Source of the DNA: Eledone cirrhosa
Lineage: Eukaryota
Direction: 5' to 3'
NCBI GenBank assembly: GCA_964016885.1
Contig: CAXHJY010000769.1
Location: 62,001-126,000 of the forward strand
DNA: 64,000 nucleotides
Below the pieces are notes generated by a model that saw only the letters and a list, made by a program, of their open reading frames with translations, searched no databases and was not told the origin of the DNA. Positions 15,001 to 30,000 of this stretch are shown piece by piece (position 1 is the first letter of the stretch; the number at the start of each line of letters is the position of its first letter). The position numbers and the translations under genes were made by a program.

Positions 15001-18000
15001 ACTGTTGTAACATGAGTAGACAAGAAGACAAGAAAGATGACACTGTGGTAACATGAGTAGACAAGAAGACAAGAAGGATGACAGACTGTTGTAAGATGAG
15101 TAGACAAGAAGACAAGAAGGATGACAGACTGTTGTAACATGAGTAGACAAGAAGGATGACAGACTGTTGTAACATGAGTAGACAAGAAGACAAGAAGGAT
15201 GACAGACTGTTTTAACATGAGTAGACAAGAAGACAAGAGAGATGACAGACTGTTGTAACATGAGTAGACAAGAAGACAAGAAAGATGACAGACTGTTGTA
15301 ACATGAGTAGACAAGAAGACAAGAAAGATGACAGACTGTTGTAACATGAGTAGACAAGACAAGAAGGATGACAGACTGTTGTAACATGAGTAGACAAGAA
15401 GACAAGAGAGATGACAGACTGTTGTAACATGAATAGACAAGAAGACAAGAGAGATGACACTGTTGTAACATGAGTAGACAAGACAAGAAGGATGACAGAC
15501 TGTTGTAACATGAGTAGACAAGAAGACAAGAAGGATGACAGACTGTTGTTACATGAGTAGACAAGAGAGATGACAGACTGTTGTAACATGAATAGACAAG
15601 AAGACAAGAGAGATGACAGACTGTTGTAACATGAGTAGACAAGAAGACAAGAAAGATGACAGACTGTTGTAACATGAGTAGACAAGAAGACAAGAGATAT
15701 GACAGACTGTTGTAACATGAGTAGACAAGAAGACAAGAAGGATGACAGACTGTTGTAAGATGAATAGACAAGAAGACAAGAGAGATGACAGACTGTTGTA
15801 ACATGAGTAGACAAGAAGACAAGTATGATGACAGACTGTTGTAACATGAGTAGACAAGAAGACAAGAAAGATGACACTGTTGTAACATGAGTAGACAAGA
15901 AGACAAGAAGGATGACAGACTGTTGTAAGATGAGTAGACAAGACAAGAAGGATGACAGACTGTTGTAACATGAGTAGACAAGAAGACAAGAAGGATGACA
16001 GACTGTTGTAACATGAGTAGACAAGAAGGATGACAGACTGTTGTAACATGAGTAGACAAGAAGACAAGAAGGATGACAGACTGTTGTAAGATGAGTAGAC
16101 AAGAAGACAAGAAGGATGACAGACTGTTGTAACATGAGTAGACAAGAAGACAAGAAGGATGACAGACTGTTGTAACATGAGTAGACAAGAAGACAAGAGA
16201 GATGACAGACTGTTGTAACATGAGTAGACAAGAAGACAAGAAAGACAGACTGTTGTAACATGAGTAGACAAGAAGACAAGAAGGATGACAGACTGTTGTA
16301 ACATGAGTAGACAAGAAGACAAGAAAGATGACACTGTTGTAACATGAGTAGACAAGAAGACAAGGAGGATGACAGACTGTTGTAACATGAGTACATAAGA
16401 AGACAAGAAGGATGACAGACTGTTGTAACATGAGTAGACAAGAAGACAAGAAGGATGACAGACTGTTGTTGCATGAGTAAAAGAGAAGACAAGAGAGATG
16501 ACAGACTGTTGTAACATGAGTAGACAAGAAGACAAGAAGGATGACAGACTGTTGTAACATGAGTAGACAAGAAGACAAGAAAGATGACAGACTGTTGTAA
16601 CATGAGTAGACAAGAAACAAGAAGGATGACAGACTGTTGTAACATGAGTAGACAAGAAGACAAGAGAGATGACAGACTGTTGTAACATGAGTAGACAAGA
16701 AGACAAGAAAGATGACAGACTGTTGTAACATGAGTAGACAAGAAGACAAGAAGCATGACAGACTGTTGTAACATGAATAGACAAGAAGACAAGAGAGATG
16801 ACAGACTGTTGTAACACGAGTAGACAAGAAGACAAGAAGGATGACAGACTGTTGTAACATGAGTAGACAAGAAGACAAGAAGGATGACAGACTGTTGTAA
16901 GATGAGTAGACAAGAAGACAAGAGAGATGACAGACTGTTGTAACATGAGTAGACAAGAAGACAAGAGAGATGACAGACTGTTGTAACATGAGTAGACAAG
17001 AAGACAAGAAGGATGACAGACTGTTGTAACATGAGTAGACAAGAAGGATGACAGACTGTTGTAAGATGAGTAGACAAGAAGACAAGAAGGATGACAGACT
17101 GTTGTAACATGAGTAGACAAGAAGACAAGAAGGATGACAGACTGTTGTAACATGAGTAGACAAGAAAGATGACAGACTGTTGTAACATGAGTAGACAAGA
17201 AGACAAGAAGGAGGACAGACTGCTGTAACATGAGTAGACAAGAAGACAAGAAAGAGGACAGACTGCTGTAACATGAGTAGACAAGAAGACAAGAAAGATG
17301 ACAGACTGTTGTAACATGAGTAGACAAGAAGACAAGAGAGATGACAGACTGTTGTAACATGAGTAGACAAGAAGACTAGAAAGATGACAGACTGTTGTAA
17401 CATGAGTAGACAAGAAGACAAGAAAGATGACACTATTGTAACATGAGTAGACAAGAAGTCAAGAAAGATGACACTTTTGTAACATGAGTAGACAAGAAGA
17501 CAAGAAAGATGACAGACTGTTGTAACATGAGTAGACAAGAAGACAAGAAAGATGACAGACTGTTGTAACATGAGTAGACAAGAAGACAAGAAGGATGACA
17601 GACTGTTGTAACATGAGTAGACAAGAAGACAAGAAAGATGACAGACTGTTGTAACATGAATAGACAAGAAGACAAGAGAGATGACAGACTGTTGTAACAC
17701 GAGTAGACAAGAAGACAAGAAGGATGACAGACTGTTGTAACATGAGTAGACAAGAAGACAAGAAGGATGACAGACTGTTGTAAGATGAGTAGACAAGAAG
17801 ACAAGAGAGATGACAGACTGTTGTAACATGAGTAGACAAGAAGACAAGAAAGATGACAGACTGTTGTAACATGAGTAGACAAGAAGACAAGAGAGATGAC
17901 AGACAGTTGTAACATGAGTAGACAAGATGACAGACTGTTGTAACATGAGTAGACAAGAAGACAAGAAAGATGACAGACTGTTGTAACATGAGTAGACAAG

Positions 18001-21000
18001 AAGACAAGAAGCATGACAGACTGTTGTAACATGAATAGACAAGAAGACAAGAGAGATGACAGACTGTTGTCACATGAGTAGACAAGAAGACAAGAGAGAT
18101 GACAGACTGTTGTAACATGAGTAGACAAGAAGACAAGAAGGATGACACTGTTGTAACATGAGTAGACAAGAAGGATGACAGGCTGTTGTAACATGAGTAG
18201 ACAAGAAGACAAGAAGGATGACACTGTTGTAACATGAGTAGACAAGAAGACAAGAAGGATGACAGACTGTTGTAACATGAGTAGACAAGAAGACAAGAAG
18301 GATGACAGACTGTTGTATCATGAGTAGACAAGAAGACAAGAAAGATGACAGACTGTTGTAACATGAATAGACAAGAAGACAAGAGAGATGACAGACTGTT
18401 GTAACACGAGTAGACAAGAAGACAAGAAGGATGACAGACTGTTGTAACATGAGTAGACAAGAAGACAAGAAGGATGACAGACTGTTGTAAGATGAGTAGA
18501 CAAGAAGACAAGAGAGATGACAGACTGTTGTAACATGAGTAGACAAGAAGACAAGAAGGATGACAGACTGTTGTAACATGAGTAGACAAGAAGGATGACA
18601 GACTGTTGTAAGATGAGTAGACAAGAAGACAAGAAGGATGACAGACTGTTGTAACATGAGTAGACAAGAAGACAAGAAGGATGACAGACTGTTGTAACAT
18701 GAGTAGACAAGAAAGATGACAGACTGTTGTAACATGAGTAGACAAGAAGACAAGAAGGAGGACAGACTGCTGTAACATGAGTAGACAAGAAGAGAAGAAA
18801 GAGGACAGACTGCTGTAACATGAGTAGACAAGACAAGAAAGATGACACTGTTGTAACATGAGTAGACAAGAAAGATGACAGACTGTTGTAACATGAGTAG
18901 ACAAGAAGACAAGAGAGATGACAGACTGTTGTAACATGAGTAGACAAGAAAACAAGAAAGATGACAGACTGTTGTAACATGAGTAGACAAGAAGACAAGA
19001 AAGATGACACTATTGTAACATGAGTAGACAAGAAGTCAAGAAAGATGACACTGTTGTAACATGAGTAGACAAGAAGACAAGAAAGATGACAGACTGTTGT
19101 AACATGAGTAGACAAGAAGACAAGAAAGATGACAGACTGTTGTAACATGAGTAGACAAGAACACAAGAAGGATGACAGACTGTTGTAACATGAGTAGACA
19201 AGACAAGAAAGATGACACTGTTGTAACATGAGTAGACAAGAAGACAAGAAGGATGACAGACTGTTGTAACATGAGTAGACAAGACAAGAAGGATGACAGA
19301 CTGTTGTAACATGAGTAGACAAGAAGACAAGAAAGATGACAGACTGTTGTAACATGAGTAGACAAGAAGACAAGAGAGATGAGAGACTGTTGTAACATGA
19401 GTAGACAAGAAGACAAGAAAGATGACACTGTTGTAACATGAGTAGACAAGAAGACAAGAAGGATGACAGATTGTTGTAAGATGAGTAGACAAGAAGACAA
19501 GAAGGATGACAGACTGTTGTAACATGAGTAGACAAAAAGACAAGAGAGATGACAGACTGTTGTAACATGAGTAGACAAGAAAGATGACAGACTGTTGTAA
19601 CATGAGTAGACAAGAAGACAAGAAGGATGACAGACTATTGTAACATGAGTAGACAAGAAGACAAGAGAGATGACAGACTGTTGTAACATGAGTAGACAAG
19701 AAGACAAGAAAGATGACACTGTGGTAACATGAGTAGACAAGAAGACAAGAAGGATGACAGACTGTTGTAAGATGAGTAGACAAGAAGACAAGAAGGATGA
19801 CAGACTGTTGTAACATGAGTAGACAAGAAGGATGACAGACTGTTGTAACATGAGTAGACAAGAAGACAAGAAGGATGACAGACTGTTTTAACATGAGTAG
19901 ACAAGAAGACAAGAGAGATGACAGACTGTTGTAACATGAGTAGACAAGAAGACAAGAAAGATGACAGACTGTTGTAACATGAGTAGACAAGAAGACAAGA
20001 AAGATGACAGACTGTTGTAACATGAGTAGACAAGACAAGAAGGATGACAGACTGTTGTAACATGAGTAGACAAGAAGACAAGAGAGATGACAGACTGTTG
20101 TAACATGAATAGACAAGAAGACAAGAGAGATGACACTGTTGTAACATGAGTAGACAAGACAAGAAGGATGACAGACTGTTGTAACATGAGTAGACAAGAA
20201 GACAAGAAGGATGACAGACTGTTGTTACATGAGTAGACAAGAGAGATGACAGACTGTTGTAACATGAATAGACAAGAAGACAAGAGAGATGACAGACTGT
20301 TGTAACATGAGTAGACAAGAAGACAAGAAAGATGACAGACTGTTGTAACATGAGTAGACAAGAAGACAAGAGAGATGACATACTGTTGTAACATGAGTAG
20401 ACAAGAAGACAAGAGAGATGACACTGTTGTAACATGAGTAGACAAGAGGACAAGAAAGATGACACTGTTGTAACATGAGTAGACAAGAAGACAAGAAAGA
20501 TGACAGACTGTTGTAACATGAGTAGACAAGAAGACAAGAGATATGACAGACTGTTGTAACATGAGTAGACAAGAAGACAAGAAGGATGACAGACTGTTGT
20601 AAGATGAATAGACAAGAAGACAAGAGAGATGACAGACTGTTGTAACATGAGTAGACAAGAAGACAAGTATGATGACAGACTGTTGTAACATGAGTAGACA
20701 AGAAGACAAGAAAGATGACACTGTTGTAACATGAGTAGACAAGAAGACAAGAAGGATGACAGACTGTTGTAAGATGAGTAGACAAGACAAGAAGGATGAC
20801 AGACTGTTGTAATATGAGTAGACAAGAAGAGAAGAAAGAGGACAGACTGTTGTAACATGAGTAGACAAGAAGGATGACAGACTGTTGTAACATGAGTAGA
20901 CAAGAAGACAAGAAGGATGACAGACTGTTGTAAGATGAGTAGACAAGAAGACAAGAAGGATGACAGACTGATGTAACATGAGTAGACAAGAAGACAAGAA

Positions 21001-24000
21001 GGATGACAGACTGTTGTAACATGAGTAGACAAGAAGACAAGAGAGATGACAGACTGTTGTAACATGAGTAGACAAGAAGACAAGAAAGACAGACTGTTGT
21101 AACATGAGTAGACAAGAAGACAAGAAGGATGACAGACTGTTGTAACATGAGTAGACAAGAAGACAAGAGAGATGACAGACTGTTGTAACATGAGTAGACA
21201 AGAAGACAAGAAAGATGACACTGTTGTAACATGAGTAGACAAGAAGACAAGAAGGATGACAGACTGTTGTAACATGAGTACATAAGAAGACAAGAAGGAT
21301 GACAGACTGTTGTAACATGAGTAGACAAGAAGACAAGAAGGATGACAGACTGTTGTTGCATGAGTAGAAGAGAAGACAAGAGAGATGACAGACTGTTGTA
21401 ACATGAGTAGACAAGAAGACAAGAAGGATGACAGACTGTTGTAACATGAGTAGACAAGAAGACAAGAGAGATGACAGACTGTTGTAACATGAGTAGACAA
21501 GAAGACAAGAAAGATGACAGACTGTTGTAACATGAGTAGACAAGAAGACAAGAAGCATGACAGACTGTTGTAACATGAATAGACAAGAAGATAAGAGAGA
21601 TGACAGACTGTTGTAACACGAGTAGACAAGAAGACAAGAAGGATGACAGACTGTTGTAACATGAGTAGACAAGAAGACAAGAAGGATGACAGACTGTTGT
21701 AAGATGAGTAGACAAGAAGACAAGAGAGATGACAGACTGTTGTAACATGAGTAGACAAGAAGACAAGAAGGATGACAGACTGTTGTAACATGAGTACATA
21801 AGAAGACAAGAAGGATGACAGACTGTTGTAACATGAGTAGACAAGAAGACAAGAAGGATGACAGACTGTTGTTGCATGAGTAGAAGAGAAGACAAGAGAG
21901 ATGACAGACTGTTGTAACATGAGTAGACAAGAAGACAAGAAGGATGACAGACTGTTGTAACATGAGTAGACAAGAAGACAAGAGAGATGACAGACTGTTG
22001 TAACATGAGTAGACAAGAAGACAAGAAAGATGACAGACTGTTGTAACATGAGTAGACAAGAAGACAAGAAGCATGACAGACTGTTGTAACATGAATAGAC
22101 AAGAAGATAAGAGAGATGACAGACTGTTGTAACACGAGTAGACAAGAAGACAAGAAGGATGACAGACTGTTGTAACATGAGTAGACAAGAAGACAAGAAG
22201 GATGACAGACTGTTGTAAGATGAGTAGACAAGAAGACAAGAGAGATGACAGACTGTTGTAACATGAGTAGACAAGAAGACAAGAGAGATGACAGACTGTT
22301 GTAACATGAGTAGACAAGAAGACAAGAAGGATGACAGACTGTTGTAACATGAGTAGACAAGAAGGATGACAGACTGTTGTAACATGAGTAGACAAGAAGA
22401 CAAGAAGGATGACAGACTGTTGTAACATGAGTAGACAAGAAAGATGACAGACTGTTGTAACATGAGTAGACAAGAAGGAGGACAGACTGCTGTAACATGA
22501 GTAGACAAGAAGACAAGAAAGAGGACAGACTGCTGTAACATGAGTAGACAAGAAGACAAGAAAGATGACAGACTGTTGTAACATGAGTAGACAAGAAGAC
22601 AAGAGAGATGACAGACTGTTGTAACATGAGTAGACAAGAAGACTAGAAAGATGACAAACTGTTGTAACATGAGTAGACAAGAAGACAAGAAAGATGACAC
22701 TATTGTAACATGAGTAGACAAGAAGTCAAGAAAGATGACACTTTTGTAACATGAGTAGACAAGAAGACAAGAAAGATGACAGACTGTTGTAACATGAGTA
22801 GACAAGAAGACAAGAAAGATGACAGACTGTTATAACATGAGTAGACAAGAAGACAAGAAGGATGACAGACTGTTGTAACATGAGTAGACAAGAAGACAAG
22901 AAAGATGACAGACTGTTGTAACATGAATAGACAAGAAGACAAGAGAGATGACAGACTGTTGTAACACGAGTAGACAAGAAGACAAGAAGGATGACAGACT
23001 GTTGTAACATGAGTAGACAAGAAGACAAGAAGGATGACAGACTGTTGTAAGATGAGTAGACAAGAAGACAAGAGAGATGACAGACTGTTGTAACATGAGT
23101 AGACAAGAAGACAAGAAAGATGACAGACTGTTGTAACATGAGTAGACAAGAAGACAAGAGAGATGACAGACAGTTGTAACATGAGTAGACAAGATGACAG
23201 ACTGTTGTAACATGAGTAGACAAGAAGACAAGAAAGATGACAGACTGTTGTAACATGAGTAGACAAGAAGACAAGAAGCATGACAGACTGTTGTAACATG
23301 AATAGACAAGAAGACAAGAGAGATGACAGACTGTTGTCACATGAGTAGACAAGAAGACAAGAGAGATGACAGACTGTTGTAACATGAGTAGACAAGAAGA
23401 CAAGAAGGATGACACTATTGTAACATGAGTAGACAAGAAGGATGACAGGCTGTTGTAACATGAGTAGACAAGAAGACAAGAAGGATGACACTGTTGTAAC
23501 ATGAGTAGACAAGAAGACAAGAAGGATGACAGACTGTTGTAACATGAGTAGACAAGAAGACAAGAAGGATGACAGACTGTTGTAACATGAGTAGACAAGA
23601 AGACAAGAAAGATGACAGACTGTTGTAACATGAATAGACAAGAAGACAAGAGAGATGACAGACTGTTGTAACACGAGTAGACAAGAAGACAAGAAGGATG
23701 ACAGACTGTTGTAACATGAGTAGATAAGAAGACAAGAAGGATGACAGACTGTTGTAAGATGAGTAGACAAGAAGACAAGAGAGATGACAGACTGTTGTAA
23801 CATGAGTAGACAAGAAGATAAGAGAGATGACAGACTGTTGTAACATGAGTAGACAAGAAGACAAGAAGGATGACAGACTGTTGTAACATGAGTAGACAAG
23901 AAGGATGACAGACTGTTGTAAGATGAGTAGACAAGAAGACAAGAAGGATGACAGACTGTTGTAACATGAGTAGACAAGAAGACAAGAAGGATGACAGACT

Positions 24001-27000
24001 GTTGTAACATGAGTAGACAAGAAAGATGACAGACTGTTGTAACATGAGTAGACAAGAAGACAAGAAGGAGGACAGACTGCTGTAACATGAGTAGACAAGA
24101 AGACAAGAAAGAGGACAGACTGCTGTAACATGAGTAGACAAGACAAGAAAGATGACTGTTGTAACATGAGTAGACAAGAAAGATGACAGACTGTTGTAAC
24201 ATGAGTAGACAAGAAGACAAGAGAGATGACAGACTGTTGTAACATGAGTAGACAAGAAAACAAGAAAGATGACAGACTGTTGTAACATGAGTAGACAAGA
24301 AGACAAAAAAGATGACACTATTGTAACATGAGTAGACAAGAAGTCAAGAAAGATGACACTGTTGTAACATGAGTAGACAAGAAGACAAGAAAGATGACAG
24401 ACTGTTGTAACATGAGTAGACAAGAAGACAAGAAAGATGACAGACTGTTGTAACATGAGTAGACAAGAAGACAAGAAGGATGACAGACTGTTGTAACATG
24501 AGTAGACAAGACAAGAAAGATGACACTGTTGTAACATGAGTAGACAAGAAGACAAGAAGGATGACAGACTGTTGTAACATGAGTAGACAAGACAAGAAGG
24601 ATGACAGACTGTTGTAACATGAGTAGACAAGAAGACAAGAAAGATGACAGACTGTTGTAACATGAGTAGACAAGAAGGATGACAGACTGTTGTAACATGA
24701 GTAGACAAGACAAGAAAGATGACACTGTTCTAACATGAGTACACAAGAAGACAAGAAGGATGACAGACTGTTGTAACATGAGTAGACAAGAAGACAAGAA
24801 AGATGACAGACTGTTGTAACGTGAGTAGACAAGAAGACAAGAGAGATGACAGACTGTTGTAACACGAGTAGACAAGAAGACAAGAAGGATGACAGACTGT
24901 TGTAACATGAGTAGACAAGAAGACAAGAAGGATGACAGACTGTTGTAAGATGAGTAGACAAGAAGACAAGAGAGATGACAGACTGTTGTAACATGAGTAG
25001 ACAAGAAGACAAGAGAGATGACAGACTGTTGTAACATGAGTAGACAAGAAGACAAGAAAGATGACACTGTTGTAACATGAGTAGACAAGAAGACAAGAAG
25101 GATGACAGACTGTTGTAACATGAGTAGACAAGAAGACAAGAAGGATGACAGACTGGTGTAACATGAGTAGACAAGAAGACAAGAAGGATGACAGACTGTT
25201 GTTACATGAGTAGAAGAGAAGACAAGAGAGATGACAGACTGTTGTAACATGAGTAGACAAGAAGACAAGAAGGATGACAGACTGTTGTAACATGAATAGA
25301 CAAGAAGACAAGAGAGATGACAGACTGTTGTAACATGAGTAGACAAGAAAGATGACAGACTGTTGTAACATGAGTAGACAAGAAGACAAGAGAGATGACA
25401 GACTGTTGTAACATGAGTAGACAAGAAGACAAGAGAGATGACAGACTGTTGTAACATGAGTAGACAAGAAGACAAGAGAGATGACAGACTGTTGTAACAT
25501 GAGTAAACAAGAAGACAAGAGAGATGACACTGTTGTAACATGAGTAGACAAGAAGACAAGAGAGATGACAGACTGTTGTAACATGAGTAGACAAGAAGAC
25601 AAGAAAGATGACAGACTGTTGTAACATGAGTAGACAAGAAGACAAGAGAGATGACAGACTGTTGTAACATGAGTAGACAAGAAGACAAGAAGGATGACAG
25701 ACTGTTGTAACATGAATAGACAAGAAGACAAGAGAGATGACAGACTGTTGTAACATGAGTAGACAAGAAAGATGACAGACTGTTGTAACATGAGTAGACA
25801 AGAAGACAAGAGAGATGACAGACTGTTGTAACATGAGTAGACAAGAAGACAAGAGAGATGACAGACTGTTGTAACATGAGTAGACAAGAAGACAAGAGAG
25901 ATGACAGACTGTTGTAACATGAGTAAACAAGAAGACAAGAGAGATGACACTGTTGTAACATGAGTAGACAAGAAGACAAGAGAGATGACAGACTGTTGTA
26001 ACATGAGTAGACAAGAAGACAAGAAAGATGACAGACTGTTGTAACATGAGTAGACAAGAAGACAAGAAAGATGACAGACTGTTGTAACATGAGTAGACAA
26101 GAAGACAAGAAGGATGACAGACTGTTGTAACATGAGTAGACAAGAAGACAAGAGAGATGACAGACTGTTGTAACATGAGTAGACAAGAAGACAAGAAAGA
26201 TGACAGACTGTTGTAACATGAGTAGACAAGAAGACAAGAAAGATGACACTATTGTAACATGAGTAGACAAGAAGTCAAGAAAGATGACACTGTTGTAACA
26301 TGAGTAGACAATAAGACAAGAAAGATGACAGACTGTTGTAACATGAGTAGACAAGAAGACAAGAAAGATGACAGACTGTTGTAACATGAGTAGACAAGAA
26401 GACAAGAAGGATGACAGACTGTTGTAACATGAGTAGACAAGAAGACAAGAAAGATGACAGACTGTTGTAACATGAATAGACAAGAAGACAAGAGAGATGA
26501 CAGACTGTTGTAACACGAGTAGACAAGAAGACAAGAAGGATGACAGACTGTTGTAACATGAGTAGACAAGAAGACAAGAAGGATGACAGACTGTTGTAAG
26601 ATGAGTAGACAAGAAGACAAGAGAGATGACAGACTGTTGTAACATGAGTAGACAAGAAGACAAGAGAGATGACAGACTGTTGTAACATGAGTAGACAAGA
26701 AGACAAGAAGGATGACAGACTGTTGTAACATGAGTAGACAAGAAGACAAGAAGGATGACAGACTGTTGTAACATGAGTAGACAAGAAAGATGACAGACTG
26801 TTGTAACATGAGTAGACAAGAAGACAAGAAGGAGGACAGACTGTTGTAACATGAGTAGACAAGAAGACAAGAAAGAGGACAGACTGCTGTAACATGAGTA
26901 GACAAGAAGACAAGAAAGATGACACTGTTGTAACATGAGTAGACAAGAAGACAAGAAAGATGACAGACTGTTGTAACATGAGTAGACAAGAAGACAAGAG

Positions 27001-30000
27001 AGATGACAGACTGTTGTAACATGAGTAGACAAGAAGACAAGAAAGATGACAGACTGTTGTAACATGAGTAGACAAGAAGACAAGAAAGATGACACTATTG
27101 TAACATGAGTAGACAAGAAGTCAAGAAAGATGACACTGTTGTAACATGAGTAGACAAGAAGACAAGAAAGATGACAGACTGTTGTAACATGAGTAGACAA
27201 GAAGACAAGAAAGATGACAGACTGTTGTAACATGAGTAGACAAGAAGACAAGAAGGATGACAGACTGTTGTAACATGAGTAGACAAGAAGACAAGAAAGA
27301 TGACACTGTTGTAACATGAGTAGACAAGAAGACAAGAAAGATGACAGACTGTTGTAACATGAGTAGACAAGAAGGATGACAGACTGTTGTAACATGAGTA
27401 GACAAGAAGACAAGAAAGATGACAGACTGTTGTAACATGAGTAGACAAGAAGACAATAGAGATGACAGACTGTTGTAACATGAGTAGACAAGAAGACAAG
27501 AAAGATGACAGACTGTTGTAACATGAGTAGACAAGAAGACAAGAAGGATGACAGACTGTTGTAACATGAGTAGACAAGAAGACAAGAAAGATTACAGACT
27601 GTTGTAACATGAGTAGACAAGAAAGATGACAGACTGTTGTAACATGAGTAGACAAGAAGACAAGAAAGATGACAGACTGTTGTAACATGAGTAGACAAGA
27701 AGACAAGAAGGATGACAGACTGTTGTAACATGAGTAGATAAGAAGACAAGAAAGATGACACTATTGTAACATGAGTAGACAAGACAAGAAGGATGTCAGA
27801 CTGTTGTAACATGAGTAGACAAGAAGACAAGATGACAGACTGTTGTAACATAAGAAGACAAGAAGGATGACAGACTGTTGTAACATGAGTAGACAAGAAG
27901 ACAAGAAAGATGACAGACTGTTGTAACATGAGTAGACAAGAAGACAAGAGAGATGACAGACTGTTGTAACATGAGTAGACAAGAAGACAAGAGAGATGAC
28001 AGACTGTTGTAACATGAGTAGACAAGAAGACAAGAGAGATGACAGACTGTTGTAACATGAGTAGACAAGAAGACAAGAGAGATGACACTGTTGTAACATG
28101 AGTAGACAAGAAGACAAGAGAGATGACAGACTGTTGTAACATGAGTAGACAAGAAGACAAGAAAGATGACAGACTGTTGTAACATGAGTAGACAAGAAGA
28201 CAAGAAAGATGACAGACTGTTGTAACATGAGTAGACAAGAAGACAAGAAGGATGACAGACTGTTGTAACATGAGTAGACAAGACAAGAAAGATGACACTG
28301 TTGTAACATGAGTAGACAAGAAGACAAGAAGGATGACAGACTGTTGTAAGATGAGTAGACAAGAAGACAAGAGAGATGACACTGTTGTAACATGAGTAAA
28401 CAAGAAGACAAGAGAGATGACAGACTGTTGTAACATGAGTAGACAAGAAGGATGACAGACTGTTGTAACATGAGTAGACAAGAAGACAAGAAGGATGACA
28501 GACTGTTGTAACATGAGTAGACAAGAAAGATGACAGACTGTTGTAACATGAGTAGACAAGAAGACAAGAAGGAGGACAGACTGCTGTAACATGAGTAGAC
28601 AAGAAGACAAGAAAGATGACACTGTTGTAACATGAGTAGACAAAAAGACAAGAAAGATGACAGACTGTTGTAACATGAGTAGACAAGAAGACAAGAAAGA
28701 GGACAGACTGCTGTAACATGAGTAGACAAGAAGACAAGAAAGATGACACTGTTGTAACATGAGTAGACAAGAAGACAAGAAAGATGACAGACTGTTGTAA
28801 CATGAGTAGACAAGAAGACAAGAGAGATGACAGACTGTTGTAACATGAGTAGACAAGAAGACAAGAAAGATGACAGACTGTTGTAACATGAGTAGACAAG
28901 AAGACAAGAAAGATGACACTATTGTAACATGAGTAGACAAGAAGACAAGAAAGATGACACTGTTGTAACATGAGTAGACAAGAAGACAAGAAAGATGACA
29001 GACTGTTGTAACATGAGTAGACAAGAAGACAAGAAAGATGACAGACTGTTGTAACATGAGTAGACAAGAAGACAAGAAGGATGACAGACTGTTGTAACAT
29101 GAGTAGACAAGAAGACAAGAAAGATGACACTGTTGTAACATGAGTAGACAAGAAGACAAGAAAGATGACACTGTTGTAACATGAGTAGACAAGAAGACAA
29201 GAAAGATGACACTGTTGTAACATGAGTAGACAAGAAGACAAGAAAGATGACAGACTGTTGTAACATGAGTAGACAAGAAGACAAGAAAGATGACAGACTG
29301 TTGTAACATGAGTAGACAAGAAGACAAGAAGGATGACAGACTGTTGTAACATGAGTAGACAAGAAGACAAGAAGGATGACAGACTGTTGTAACATGAATA
29401 GACAAGAAAACAAGAGAGATGACAGACTGTTGTAACATGAGTAGACAAGGAGACAAGAAGGATGACAGACTGTTGTAACATGAGTAGACAAGAAGACAAG
29501 AAAGATGACACTATTGTAACATGAGTAGACAAGAAGACAAGAAAGATGACAGACTGTTGTAACATGAGTAGACAAGAAGACAAGAAAGATGACAGACTGT
29601 TGTAACATGAGTAGACAAGAAGACAAGAAAGATGACAGACTGTTGTAACATGAGTAGACAAGAAGACAAGAAGGATGACAGACTGTTCTAACATGAGTAG
29701 ACAAGAAGACAAGAAAGATGACAGACTGTTGTAACATGAATAGACAAGAAGACAAGAGAGATGACAGACTGTTGCAACACGAGTAGACAAGAAGACAAGA
29801 AGGATGACAGACTGTTGTAACATGAGTAGACAAGAAGACAAGAAGGATGACAGACTGTTGTAAGATGAGTAGACAAGAAGACAAGAGAGATGACAGACTG
29901 TTGTAACATGAGTAGACAAGAAGACAAGAGAGATGACAGACTGTTGTAACATGAGTAGACAAGAAGACAAGAAGGATGACAGACTGTTGTAACATGAGTA